From Eledone cirrhosa (lineage: Eukaryota), in the NCBI GenBank assembly GCA_964016885.1, contig OZ024740.1, positions 279,496,001-279,560,000 of the forward strand: a DNA stretch of 64,000 nt, given 5' to 3'. The translations under genes were made by a program, and so were the position numbers. The notes under the pieces are model-generated. The model was not told the DNA's origin. It worked only from the letters and a program-made list of their open reading frames with translations, and ran no database searches. The first letter of the stretch is position 1, and each line of letters opens with the position of its first letter. Positions 26,801 to 39,464 of the stretch are shown here, piece by piece.

Positions 26801-29800
26801 ATGGATCACCCAAATAAAAAATGGATCCCCCAAATAAAAAATGGATCACCCAAATAAAAACTGGATCCCCCAAATAAAAAATGGATCACCCAAATAGATA
26901 ATGTATCCCCCAAATAAAAAATGGATCCGCCAAATAAAAAAGGGATCCATTTTTTATTTGGGTGATCCATTTTTTATTTGGGGGATCCATTTTTTATTTG
27001 GGTGATCTATTTTTTATTTGGGTGATTCATTTTTTATTTGGGTGATCCATTTTTTATTTGGGTGATCCATTTTTTATTTGGGAGATCCATCAAATAAAAA
27101 ATGGATCCCCCAAATAAAAATCGGATCACCATATAAAAAATGGATCACCCAAATAAAAAATGGATCCCCCAAATAAAAAATGGATCACCCAAATAAAAAC
27201 TGGATCCCCCAAATAAAAAATGGATCACCCAAATAGATAATGTATCCCCCAAATAAAAAATGGATCCGCCAAATAAAAAAGGGATCCTTTTTTTATTTGG
27301 GTGATCCATTTTTTATTTGGGGGATCCATTTTTTATTTGGGTGATCTATTTTTTATTTGGGTGATTCATTTTTTATTTGGGTGATCCATTTTTTATTTGG
27401 GTGATCCATTTTTTATTTGGAGGATCCATTTTTTATTTGGGTGATCCATTTTTTATTTGGGTGATCCATTTTTTATTTGTGGGATCCATTTTTTATTTGG
27501 GTGATCCATTTTTTATTTGAATGATCCATTTTTTATTTGGATGATCCATTTTTTTGGGGGAGATCCATTTTTTATTTGGGTGATCCATTTTTTATTTGGG
27601 GGATCCATTTTTTATTTGGGTGATCCATTTTTTATTTGGGTGATCCATTTTTTATTTGGGGGATCCATTTTTTATTTGGGTGATCCATTTTTTATTTGGG
27701 GGATCCATTTTTTATTTGGAGGATCATTTTTTATTTGGGTGATCCATTTTTTATTTGGGGGGATCTATTTTTTATTTGGGTGATCCATTTTTTATTTGGG
27801 TGATCCATTTTTTATTTGGGTGATCCATTTTTTATTTGGTGGATCCATTTTTTATTTGGGAGATCCATTTTTATTTGGGGGTCCATTTTTTTGGGGGTGA
27901 TCCATTTTCCATTTGGGTGATCCATTTTGTATTTGGGTGATCCATTTTTTATTTGGGTGATCCATTTTTTATTGGGGAGATCCATTTTTTATTTGGGTGA
28001 TCCATTTTTTATTTGAGTGATCCATTCTTTATTTGAGGGATCCATTTTTTATTTGGGTGATTCATTTTTCATTTGGGTGATCCATTTTTTATTTGGGGGA
28101 TCCATTTTTTATTTGGGCGATCCATTTTTTATTTGGCTGATCCAGTTTTTATTTGGGTGATCCATTTTTTATTTGGGTGATACATTTTTTATTTGGGGGA
28201 TCCATTTTTTATTTGGGGTATCCATTTTTTATTTGGGTGATCCATTTTTTATTTGGGTGATCCATTTTTTATGTTTTGGATCCATTTTTTGTTTGGGGGA
28301 TCCATTTTTTATTTGGGGGATCCATTTTTTATTTGGGTGATCCATTTTTTATTTGGGGGATCCATTTTTATTTGGGTGATCCATTTTTTATTTGGGTGAT
28401 CCATTTTTTATTTGGGGGATCCATTTTTTATTTGGGTGTACCATTTGTTATTTGGGTGATCCATTTTTTATTTGGGGCTCCATTTTTTATTTGGGTGATC
28501 CATTTTTTATTTGGGGGATCCATTTTTTATTTGGGGGATCCATTTTTTATTTGGGTGATCCATTTTTTATTTGGGGATCCATTTTTTATTTGGGCGATCC
28601 ATTTTTTATTTGGGTGATCCATTTTTTATTTGGGTGATCCATTTTTTATTTGGGTGATCCATTTTTTATTTGGAGGAGACATTTTTTATTTAGGGATCCA
28701 TTTTTTATTTGGGGATCCATTTTTTATTTGGGTGATCCATTTTTTATTTGGGGGATCCATTTTTTATTTGGGGGATCCATTTTTTATTTGGGGGATCCAT
28801 TTTTTACTTGGGTGATCCATTTTTTATTTGGGGGAACCAGTTTTAATTTGGGTGATCCATTTTTTATTTGGGGGATCCATTTTTTATTTGGGTGATCCAT
28901 TTTTTATTTTGAGGATCCAGTTTATATTTGGGGGATCCATTTTTTATTTGGGGGATCCATTTTTTATTTGGGTGTTTCATTTTTTATTTGGGTGATCCAT
29001 TTTTTATTTGGGGGATCCATTTTTTATTTGGATGATCCATTTTTTATTTGGGAGATCCATCAAATAAAAAATGGATCCCCCAAATAAAAAATGGATCCCT
29101 CAAATAAAAAATGGATCACCCAAATAAAAAATGGATCACCCAAATAAAAAATGTATCCCCAAATAAAAAATGGATCCCCCAAATATAAAATGGATCCCAC
29201 AAATAAAAAATGGATCACCCAAATAAAAAATGGATCCCCCAAATAAAAAATAGATCACCCAAATAAAAAAGGGATCCATTTTTTATTTGGGTGATCCATT
29301 TTTTTATTTGGGTGATTCATTTTTTATTTGGGGGATCCATTTTTTATTTGGGTGATCCATTTTTTATTTGGGTGATCCATTTTTTATTTGGGGGATCCAT
29401 TTTTTATTTGGGTGATCCATTTTTTATTTGGGGGATCCATTTTGTATTTGGGTGATCCATTTTTTATTTGAGCGATCCATTCTTTATTTGAGGGTTCCAT
29501 TTTTTATTTGGGTGATCCATTTTTTATTTTGGTGATCCATTTTTTATTTGGGGGATCCATTTTTTATTTGGGCGATCCATTTTTTATTTGGGTGATCCAT
29601 TTTTTATTTGGGGGATCCATTTTTTATTTGGGTGATCCATTTTTTATTTGGGTGATCCATTTTTTATTTGGGGGCCCATTTTTTATTTGGGTGATCCATT
29701 TTTTATTTGGGCGATCCATTTTTTATTTGGCTGATCCATTTTTTATTTGGGTGATCCATTTTTTATTTGGGGGATCCATTTTTTATTTGGGTGATCCATT

Positions 29801-31000
29801 TTTTATTTGGGTGAGCCATTTTTTATTTGGGGGATCCATTTTTTATTTGGGTGATCCATTTTTTATTTGGGTGATCCATTTTTTATTTGGGAATCCATTT
29901 TTTATTTGGGTGATCCATTTTTTATTTGGGAGATCCATCAAATAAAAAATGGATCCCCCAAATAAAAATCGGATCACCATATAAAAAATGGATCACCCAA
30001 ATAAAAAATGGATCCCCCAAATAAAAAATGGATCACCCAAATAAAAACTGGATCCCCCAAATAAAAAATGGATCACCCAAATAGATAATGTATCCCCCAA
30101 ATAAAAAATGGATCCGCCAAATAAAAAAGGGATCCATTTTTTATTTGGGTGATCCATTTTTTATTTGGGGGATCCATTTTTTATTTGGGTGATCTATTTT
30201 TTATTTGGGTGATTCATTTTTTATTTGGGTGATCCATTTTTTATTTGGGTGATCCATTTTTTATTTGGGAGATCCATCAAATAAAAAATGGATCCCCCAA
30301 ATAAAAATCGGATCACCATATAAAAAATGGATCACCCAAATAAAAAATGGATCCCCCAAATAAAAAATGGATCACCCAAATAAAAACTGGATCCCCCAAA
30401 TAAAAAATGGATCACCCAAATAGATAATGTATCCCCCAAATAAAAAATGGATCCGCCAAATAAAAAAGGGATCCTTTTTTTATTTGGGTGATCCATTTTT
30501 TATTTGGGGGATCCATTTTTTATTTGGGTGATCTATTTTTTATTTGGGTGATTCATTTTTTATTTGGGTGATCCATTTTTTATTTGGGTGATCCATTTTT
30601 TATTTGGAGGATCCATTTTTTATTTGGGTGATCCATTTTTTATTTGGGTGATCCATTTTTTATTTGTGGGATCCATTTTTTATTTGGGTGATCCATTTTT
30701 TATTTGAATGATCCATTTTTTATTTGGATGATCCATTTTTTTGGGGGAGATCCATTTTTTATTTGGGTGATCCATTTTTTATTTGGGGGATCCATTTTTT
30801 ATTTGGGTGATCCATTTTTTATTTGGGTGATCCATTTTTTATTTGGGGGATCCATTTTTTATTTGGGTGATCCATTTTTTATTTGGGGGATCCATTTTTT
30901 ATTTGGAGGATCATTTTTTATTTGGGTGATCCATTTTTTATTTGGGGGGATCTATTTTTTATTTGGGTGATCCATTTTTTATTTGGGTGATCCATTTTTT
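23900..31000. repeat. Tandem HOR copies, period 3,187 bp (~2.2 copies)
   Basis: Offsets 24330/27517/30704, 25089/28276, 25873/29060 and 26321/29508 equal 3187. The first two copies share loss of the GATCGAA/GATGCA block and the GGGGTATCC variant. Confidence 0.85.
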
Positions 31001-34000
31001 ATTTGGGTGATCCATTTTTTATTTGGTGGATCCATTTTTTATTTGGGAGATCCATTTTTATTTGGGGGTCCATTTTTTGGGGGGGTGATCCATTTTCCAT
31101 TTGGGTGATCCATTTTGTATTTGGGTGATCCATTTTTTATTTGGGTGATCCATTTTTTATTGGGGGGATCCATTTTTTATTTGGGTGATCCATTTTTTAT
31201 TTGAGTGATCCATTCTTTATTTGAGGGATCCATTTTTTATTTGGGTGATTCATTTTTCATTTGGGTGATCCATTTTTTATTTGGGGGATCCATTTTTTAT
31301 TTGGGCGATCCATTTTTTATTTGGCTGATCCAGTTTTTATTTGGGTGATCCATTTTTTATTTGGGTGATACATTTTTTATTTGGGGGATCCATTTTTTAT
31401 TTGGGGGATCCATTTTTTATTTGGGTGATCCATTTTTTATTTGGGTGATCCATTTTTTATGTTTTGGATCCATTTTTTATTTGGGGGATCCATTTTTTAT
31501 TTGGGTGATCCATTTTTTATTTGGGTGATCCATTTTTTATTTGGAGGATCCATTTTTTATTTGGGTGATCGAATTTTTATTTGGAGGATGCATTTTTTAT
31601 TTGGGTGATCCATTTTTTATTTGGGTGATCAATTTTTTATTTGGGGGATCCATTTTTTATTTGGGTGATCCATTTTTTATTTGGGTGTCAATTTTTTATT
31701 TGGGTGATCCATTTTTTATTTGGGGGATCCATTTTTTATTTGGGAGATCCATTTTTTATTTGGGTGATCCATTTTTTATTTGGGGGATCCATTTTTATTT
31801 GGGTGATCCATTTTTTATTTGGGTGATCCATTTTTTATTTGGGGGATCCATTTTTTATTTGGGTGTTCCATTTGTTATTTGGGTGATCCATTTTTTATTT
31901 GGGGGTCCATTTTTTATTTGGGTGATCCATTTTTTATTTGGGGGATCCATTTTTTATTTGGAGGAGACATTTTTTATTTAGGGATCCATTTTTTATTTGG
32001 GGATCCATTTTTTATTTGGGTGATCCATTTTTTATTTGGGGGATCCATTTTTTATTTGGGGGATCCATTTTTTATTTGGGGGATCCATTTTTTACTTGGG
32101 TGATCCATTTTTTATTTGGGGGAACCAGTTTTAATTTGGGTGATCCATTTTTTATTTGGGGGATCCATTTTTTATTTGGGTGATCCATTTTTTATTTTGA
32201 GGATCCAGTTTATATTTGGGGGATCCATTTTTTATTTGGGGGATCCATTTTTTATTTGGGTGTTTCATTTTTTATTTGGGTGATCCATTTTTTATTTGGG
32301 GGATCCATTTTTTATTTGGATGATCCATTTTTTATTTGGGAGATCCATCAAATAAAAAATGGATCCCCCAAATAAAAAATGGATCCCTCAAATAAAAAAT
32401 GGATCACCCAAATAAAAAATGGATCACCCAAATAAAAAATGGATCCCCCAAATAAAAAATGGATCACCCAAATAAAAACTGGATCCCCCAAATAAAAAAT
32501 GGATCACCCAAATAGATAATGTATCCCCCAAATAAAAAATGGATCCGCCAAATAAAAAAGGGATCCTTTTTTTATTTGGGTGATCCATTTTTTATTTGGG
32601 GGATCCATTTTTTATTTGGGTGATCTATTTTTTATTTGGGTGATTCATTTTTTATTTGGGTGATCCATTTTTTATTTGGGTGATCCATTTTTTATTTGGA
32701 GGATCCATTTTTTATTTGGGTGATCCATTTTTTATTTGGGTGATCCATTTTTTATTTGTGGGATCCATTTTTTATTTGGGTGATCCATTTTTTATTTGAA
32801 TGATCCATTTTTTATTTGGATGATCCATTTTTTTGGGGGAGATCCATTTTTTATTTGGGTGATCCATTTTTTATTTGGGGGATCCATTTTTTATTTGGGT
32901 GATCCATTTTTTATTTGGGTGATCCATTTTTTATTTGGGGGATCCATTTTTTATTTGGGTGATCCATTTTTTATTTGGGGGATCCATTTTTTATTTGGAG
33001 GATCATTTTTTATTTGGGTGATCCATTTTTTATTTGGGGGGATCTATTTTTTATTTGGGTGATCCATTTTTTATTTGGGTGATCCATTTTTTATTTGGGT
33101 GATCCATTTTTTATTTGGTGGATCCATTTTTTATTTGGGAGATCCATTTTTATTTGGGGGTCCATTTTTTGGGGGGTGATCCATTTTCCATTTGGGTGAT
33201 CCATTTTGTATTTGGGTGATCCATTTTTTATTTGGGTGATCCATTTTTTATTGGGGGGATCCATTTTTTATTTGGGTGATCCATTTTTTATTTGAGTGAT
33301 CCATTCTTTATTTGAGGGATCCATTTTTTATTTGGGTGATTCATTTTTCATTTGGGTGATCCATTTTTTATTTGGGGGATCCATTTTTTATTTGGGCGAT
33401 CCATTTTTTATTTGGCTGATCCAGTTTTTATTTGGGTGATCCATTTTTTATTTGGGTGATACATTTTTTATTTGGGGGATCCATTTTTTATTTGGGGGAT
33501 CCATTTTTTATTTGGGTGATCCATTTTTTATTTGGGTGATCCATTTTTTATGTTTTGGATCCATTTTTTATTTGGGGGATCCATTTTTTATTTGGGTGAT
33601 CCATTTTTTATTTGGGTGATCCATTTTTTATTTGGAGGATCCATTTTTTATTTGGGTGATCGAATTTTTATTTGGAGGATGCATTTTTTATTTGGGTGAT
33701 CCATTTTTTATTTGGGTGATCAATTTTTTATTTGGGGGATCCATTTTTTATTTGGGTGATCCATTTTTTATTTGGGTGTCAATTTTTTATTTGGGTGATC
33801 CATTTTTTATTTGGGGGATCCATTTTTTATTTGGGAGATCCATTTTTTATTTGGGTGATCCATTTTTTATTTGGGGGATCCATTTTTATTTGGGTGATCC
33901 ATTTTTTATTTGGGTGATCCATTTTTTATTTGGGGGATCCATTTTTTATTTGGGTGTTCCATTTGTTATTTGGGTGATCCATTTTTTATTTGGGGGTCCA

Positions 34001-34510
34001 TTTTTTATTTGGGTGATCCATTTTTTATTTGGGGGATCCATTTTTTATTTGGAGGAGACATTTTTTATTTAGGGATCCATTTTTTATTTGGGGATCCATT
34101 TTTTATTTGGGTGATCCATTTTTTATTTGGGGGATCCATTTTTTATTTGGGGGATCCATTTTTTATTTGGGGGATCCATTTTTTACTTGGGTGATCCATT
34201 TTTTATTTGGGGGAACCAGTTTTAATTTGGGTGATCCATTTTTTATTTGGGGGATCCATTTTTTATTTGGGTGATCCATTTTTTATTTTGAGGATCCAGT
34301 TTATATTTGGGGGATCCATTTTTTATTTGGGGGATCCATTTTTTATTTGGGTGTTTCATTTTTTATTTGGGTGATCCATTTTTTATTTGGGGGATCCATT
34401 TTTTATTTGGATGATCCATTTTTTATTTGGGAGATCCATCAAATAAAAAATGGATCCCCCAAATAAAAAATGGATCCCTCAAATAAAAAATGGATCACCC
34501 AAATAAAAAA
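30330..34510. repeat. Tandem duplication, period ~2,091 bp, with its junction inside a chimeric inverted tract
   Basis: Offsets 31541/33632 and 32349/34440 equal 2091; 30704/32796 equals 2092. Both copies share the GGGTGTCAATT variant. Confidence 0.85.
32349..32560 (-). repeat. Chimeric inverted tract (type A start, type B end); single copy
   Basis: It begins with the A marker CCCTC and lacks the B marker ATCGGATCACCATAT. It ends with B markers AAACTGG, TAGATAATGTA, CCGCC. Confidence 0.9.
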
Positions 34511-36211
34511 TGGATCACCCAAATAAAAAATGTATCCCCAAATAAAAAATGGATCCCCCAAATATAAAATGGATCCCACAAATAAAAAATGGATCACCCA
34601 AATAAAAAATGGATCCCCCAAATAAAAAATAGATCACCCAAATAAAAAAGGGATCCATTTTTTATTTGGGTGATCCATTTTTTTATTTGGGTGATTCATT
34701 TTTTATTTGGGGGATCCATTTTTTATTTGGGTGATCCATTTTTTATTTGGGTGATCCATTTTTTATTTGGGGGATCCATTTTTTATTTGGGTGATCCATT
34801 TTTTATTTGGGGGATCCATTTTGTATTTGGGTGATCCATTTTTTATTTGAGCGATCCATTCTTTATTTGAGGGTTCCATTTTTTATTTGGGTGATCCATT
34901 TTTTATTTTGGTGATCCATTTTTTATTTGGGGGATCCATTTTTTATTTGGGCGATCCATTTTTTATTTGGGTGATCCATTTTTTATTTGGGGGATCCATT
35001 TTTTATTTGGGTGATCCATTTTTTATTTGGGTGATCCATTTTTTATTTGGGGGCCCATTTTTTATTTGGGTGATCCATTTTTTATTTGGGCGATCCATTT
35101 TTTATTTGGCTGATCCATTTTTTATTTGGGTGATCCATTTTTTATTTGGGGGATCCATTTTTTATTTGGGTGATCCATTTTTTATTTGGGTGAGCCATTT
35201 TTTATTTGGGGGATCCATTTTTTATTTGGGTGATCCATTTTTTATTTGGGTGATCCATTTTTTATTTGGGAATCCATTTTTTATTTGGGTGATCCATTTT
35301 TTATTTGGGAGATCCATCAAATAAAAAATGGATCCCCCAAATAAAAATCGGATCACCATATAAAAAATGGATCACCCAAATAAAAAATGGATCCCCCAAA
35401 TAAAAAATGGATCACCCAAATAAAAACTGGATCCCCCAAATAAAAAATGGATCACCCAAATAGATAATGTATCCCCCAAATAAAAAATGGATCCGCCAAA
35501 TAAAAAAGGGATCCATTTTTTATTTGGGTGATCCATTTTTTATTTGGGGGATCCATTTTTTATTTGGGTGATCTATTTTTTATTTGGGTGATTCATTTTT
35601 TATTTGGGTGATCCATTTTTTATTTGGGTGATCCATTTTTTATTTGGAGGATCCATTTTTTATTTGGGTGATCCATTTTTTATTTGGGTGATCCATTTTT
35701 TATTTGTGGGATCCATTTTTTATTTGGGTGATCCATTTTTTATTTGAATGATCCATTTTTTATTTGGATGATCCATTTTTTGGGGGGAGATCCATTTTTT
35801 ATTTGGGTGATCCATTTTTTATTTGGGGGATCCATTTTTTATTTGGGTGATCCATTTTTTATTTGGGTGATCCATTTTTTATTTGGGGGATCCATTTTTT
35901 ATTTGGGTGATCCATTTTTTATTTGGGGGATCCATTTTTTATTTGGAGGATCATTTTTTATTTGGGTGATCCATTTTTTATTTGGGGGGATCTATTTTTT
36001 ATTTGGGTGATCCATTTTTTATTTGGGTGATCCATTTTTTATTTGGGTGATCCATTTTTTATTTGGTGGATCCATTTTTTATTTGGGAGATCCATTTTTA
36101 TTTGGGGGTCCATTTTTTTGGGGGTGATCCATTTTCCATTTGGGTGATCCATTTTGTATTTGGGTGATCCATTTTTTATTTGAGGGATCCATTTTTTATT
36201 TGATGGTTCTT

Positions 36212-37229
36212 CCAAATAAAAAATGGATCACCCAAATAAAAAAATGATCCCCCAAATAAAAAATGGATCACCCAAATAAAAAATGGATCACCCAAATAAA
36301 AAATAGATCCGCCAAATAAAAAATGGATCCCCCAAATAAAAATGGATCCCCCAAATAAAAAATGGATCACTCAAATAAAAAATGGAACACCCAAATAAAA
36401 AATGGATCCCCCAAATAAAAAATGGATCCCCCAAATAAAAAATGGATCACCCAAATAAAAAATGGATCCCCCAAATAAAAAATGGATCACCCAAATAAAA
36501 ACTGGATCCCCCAAATAAAAAATGGATCACCCAAATAAAAAATGGATCCCCCAAATAAAAAATGGATCCCCCAAATAAAAAATGGATCACCCAAATAAAA
36601 AATGGATCCCCCAAATAAAAAATGGATCACCCAAATAAAAACTGGATCCCCCAAATAAAAAATGGATCACCCAAATAAAAAATGGATCCCCCAAATAAAA
36701 AATGGATCACCCAAATAAAAAATGGATCCCCCAAATAAAAAATGGATCCCCCAAATAAAAAATGGATCCCCCAAATAAAAAATGGATCCCCCAAATAAAA
36801 AATGGATCACCCAAATAAAAAATGGATCACCCAAATAAAAAATGGATCACCCAAATAAAAAATGCATCCTCCAAATAAAAAATGGATCACCCAAATAAAA
36901 AAAGATCCTAGCAAATAAAAAATGGATCACCCAAATACAAAATGGATCACGCAAATAAAAAATGGATCCCCCAAATAAAAAATGGATCCCCCAAATAAAA
37001 AATGGATCCCCCAAATAAAAAATGGATCACCCAAATAAAAAATGGATCACCCAAATAAAAAATGGATCACCCAAATAAAAAATGGATCGCCCAAATAAAA
37101 AATGGATCCCCCAAATAAAAAATGGATAGCCCAAATAAAAAATGGATCCCCCAAATAAAAAATGGATCCCCCAAATAAAAAATGGATCACCCAAATAAAA
37201 AATTGTTCACCCAAATAAAAAATGGATCC
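36212..37229 (-). repeat. Long inverted satellite tract (~1,018 bp, ~51 monomers), copy 1
   Basis: Continuous reverse monomers between TTTGATGGTTCTTCCAAAT and AATGGATCCCTTTTTTATTTAGCGG. Confidence 0.95.
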
Positions 37230-38590
37230 CTTTTTTATTTAGCGGATCCATTTTTTATTTCGGTGATCCATTTTTTATTTGGTGGATCCATTTTTAATTT
37301 GGGGGATCCATTTTTTATTTGGGTGATCCATTTTTTATTTGGGGGATCCATTTTTTATTTGAGGGATCAATTTTTTATTTGGGTGATCCATTTTTTATTT
37401 GGGTGATCCATTTTTTATTTGGTGATCCATTTTTTATTTGGGGGATCCATTTTTTATTTGGGTGATCGATTTTTTATTTGGGTGATCCATTTTTTATTTG
37501 GGGGATCCATTTTTTATTTGGGTGATCCATTTTTTATTTGGGGGATCCATTTTTTATTTGGGCGATCCATTTTTTATTTGGGGGATCCATTTTTTATTTG
37601 GGGGATCCATTTTTTATTTGGGGGATCCATTTTATATTTGGGTGATCCATTTTTTATTTGGGTGATCCATTTTCTATTTGGGGGATCCATTTTTTATTTG
37701 GGGGATCCATTTTTTATTTGGGGGATCCATTTTTTATTTGAGGGTCCATTTTTTGGGGGGTGATCCATTTTTTATTTTTTGGATCCATTTTTTATTTGGG
37801 TGATCCATTTTTTATTTGGGTGATCCATTTTCTATTTGGGTGATACATTTTTTATTTGGGTGATCCATTTTTTATTTGGGTGATCCATTTTTTATTTGTG
37901 GGATCCTATTTTTATTTGGGCGATCCATTTTTTATTTGGGGGATTCATTTTTTATTTGGGTGATCCATTTTTTATTTGGGGTATCCATTTTTAATTTGGG
38001 TGATCCATTTTTTATTTGGGTGATCCATTTTTTATTTGGTGGATCCATTTTTAATTTGGGGGATCCATTTTTTATTTGGGTGATCCATTTTTTATTTGGG
38101 GGATCCATTTTTTATTTGGGGGATCAATTTTTTATTTGGGTGATCCATTTTTTATTTGGGTGATCCATTTTTTATTTGGTGATCCATTTTTTATTTGGGT
38201 GATCGATTTTTTATTTGGGTGATCTATTTTTTATTTGGGGTATCCATTTTTAATTTGGGTGATCCATTTTTTATTTGGGTGATCCATTTTTTATTTGGGT
38301 GATCCATTTTTTATTTGAGTGATCCATTTTTTATTTGGGGGATCCATTTTTTATTTGGGTGATCCATTTTTTATTTGGGGGATCCATTTTTTATTTGGGC
38401 GATCCATTTTTTATTTGGGGGATCCATTTTTTATTTGGGGGATCCATTTTTTATTTGGGGGATCCATTTTTTATTTGGGGGATCCATTTTATATTTGGGT
38501 GATCCATTTTTTATTTGGGTGATCCATTTTTTATTTGGGGGATCCATTTTTTATTTGGGGGATCCATTTTTTATTTGGGTGATCCATTTT

Positions 38591-38759
38591 TTATTTGAGC
38601 GATCCATTCTTCTTTATTTGAGGGTTCCATTTTTTAAAAAATGGATCACCCAAATAAAAAATGGATCCCCCAAATAAAAAATGGTTCCCCCAAATAAATG
38701 GTTCCCTCAAATTTTTATTTGAACGATCCATTCTTCTTTATTTGAGGGTTTCATTTTTT
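38591..38759. repeat. Mini-inversion (~76 bp) flanked by a ~45-bp direct duplication, copy 1 (also ~41314-41482 and ~53042-53210)
   Basis: TTATTTGAGCGATCCATTCTTCTTTATTTGAGGGTTCCATTTTT, then inverted monomers, then TTATTTGAACGATCCATTCTTCTTTATTTGAGGGTTTCATTTTT. Confidence 0.9.
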
Positions 38760-39253
38760 ATTTGGGTGATCCATTTTTTATTTTGGTGATCCATTTTTTA
38801 TTTGGGGGATCCATTTTTTATTTGGGGGATCCATTTTTGATTTGGGTGATCCATTTTTTATTTGGGTGATCCATTTTTTATTTGGGTGATGCATTTTTTA
38901 TTTGGGGGAACCATTTTTTATTTGGGGGATCCATTTTTTATTTGGGTGATCCATTTTTTATTTGGGTGATCCATTTTTTATTTGGTTGATCCATTTTTTA
39001 TTTGGTTGATCCATTTTTTATTTGGGTGATCCATTTTTTATTTGGGGGATCCATTTTTCATTTGGGTGATCCATTTTTTATTTGGGTGATCCATTTTTTA
39101 TTTGGGGGCCCATTTTTTATTTGGGTGAGCCATTTTTTATTTGGGGGATCCATTTTTTATTTGGGTGATCCATTTTTTATTTGGGTGATCCATTTTTTAT
39201 TTGGGGGATCCATTTTTTATTTGGGTGATCCATTTTTTATTTGGGAGATCCAT

Positions 39254-39464
39254 CAAATAAAAAATGGATCCCCCAAATAAAAATCGGATCACCATATAAA
39301 AAATGGATCACACAAATAAAAAATGTATCCCCCAAATAAAAAATGGATCACCCAAATAAAAACTGGATCCCCCAAATAAAAAATGGATCACCCAAATAGA
39401 TAATGTATCCCCCAAATAAAAAATGGATCCCTCAAATAAAAAATGGATCCCCCAAATAAAAAAG
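39254..39464 (-). repeat. Short inverted tract, type B' (~211 bp); also 41977-42187 and 53705-53915
   Basis: B markers plus CACAC, a second TGTATC and CCCTC. It has one more monomer than B, the same junctions, and is followed by the T7 monomer seen after type A. Confidence 0.9.
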
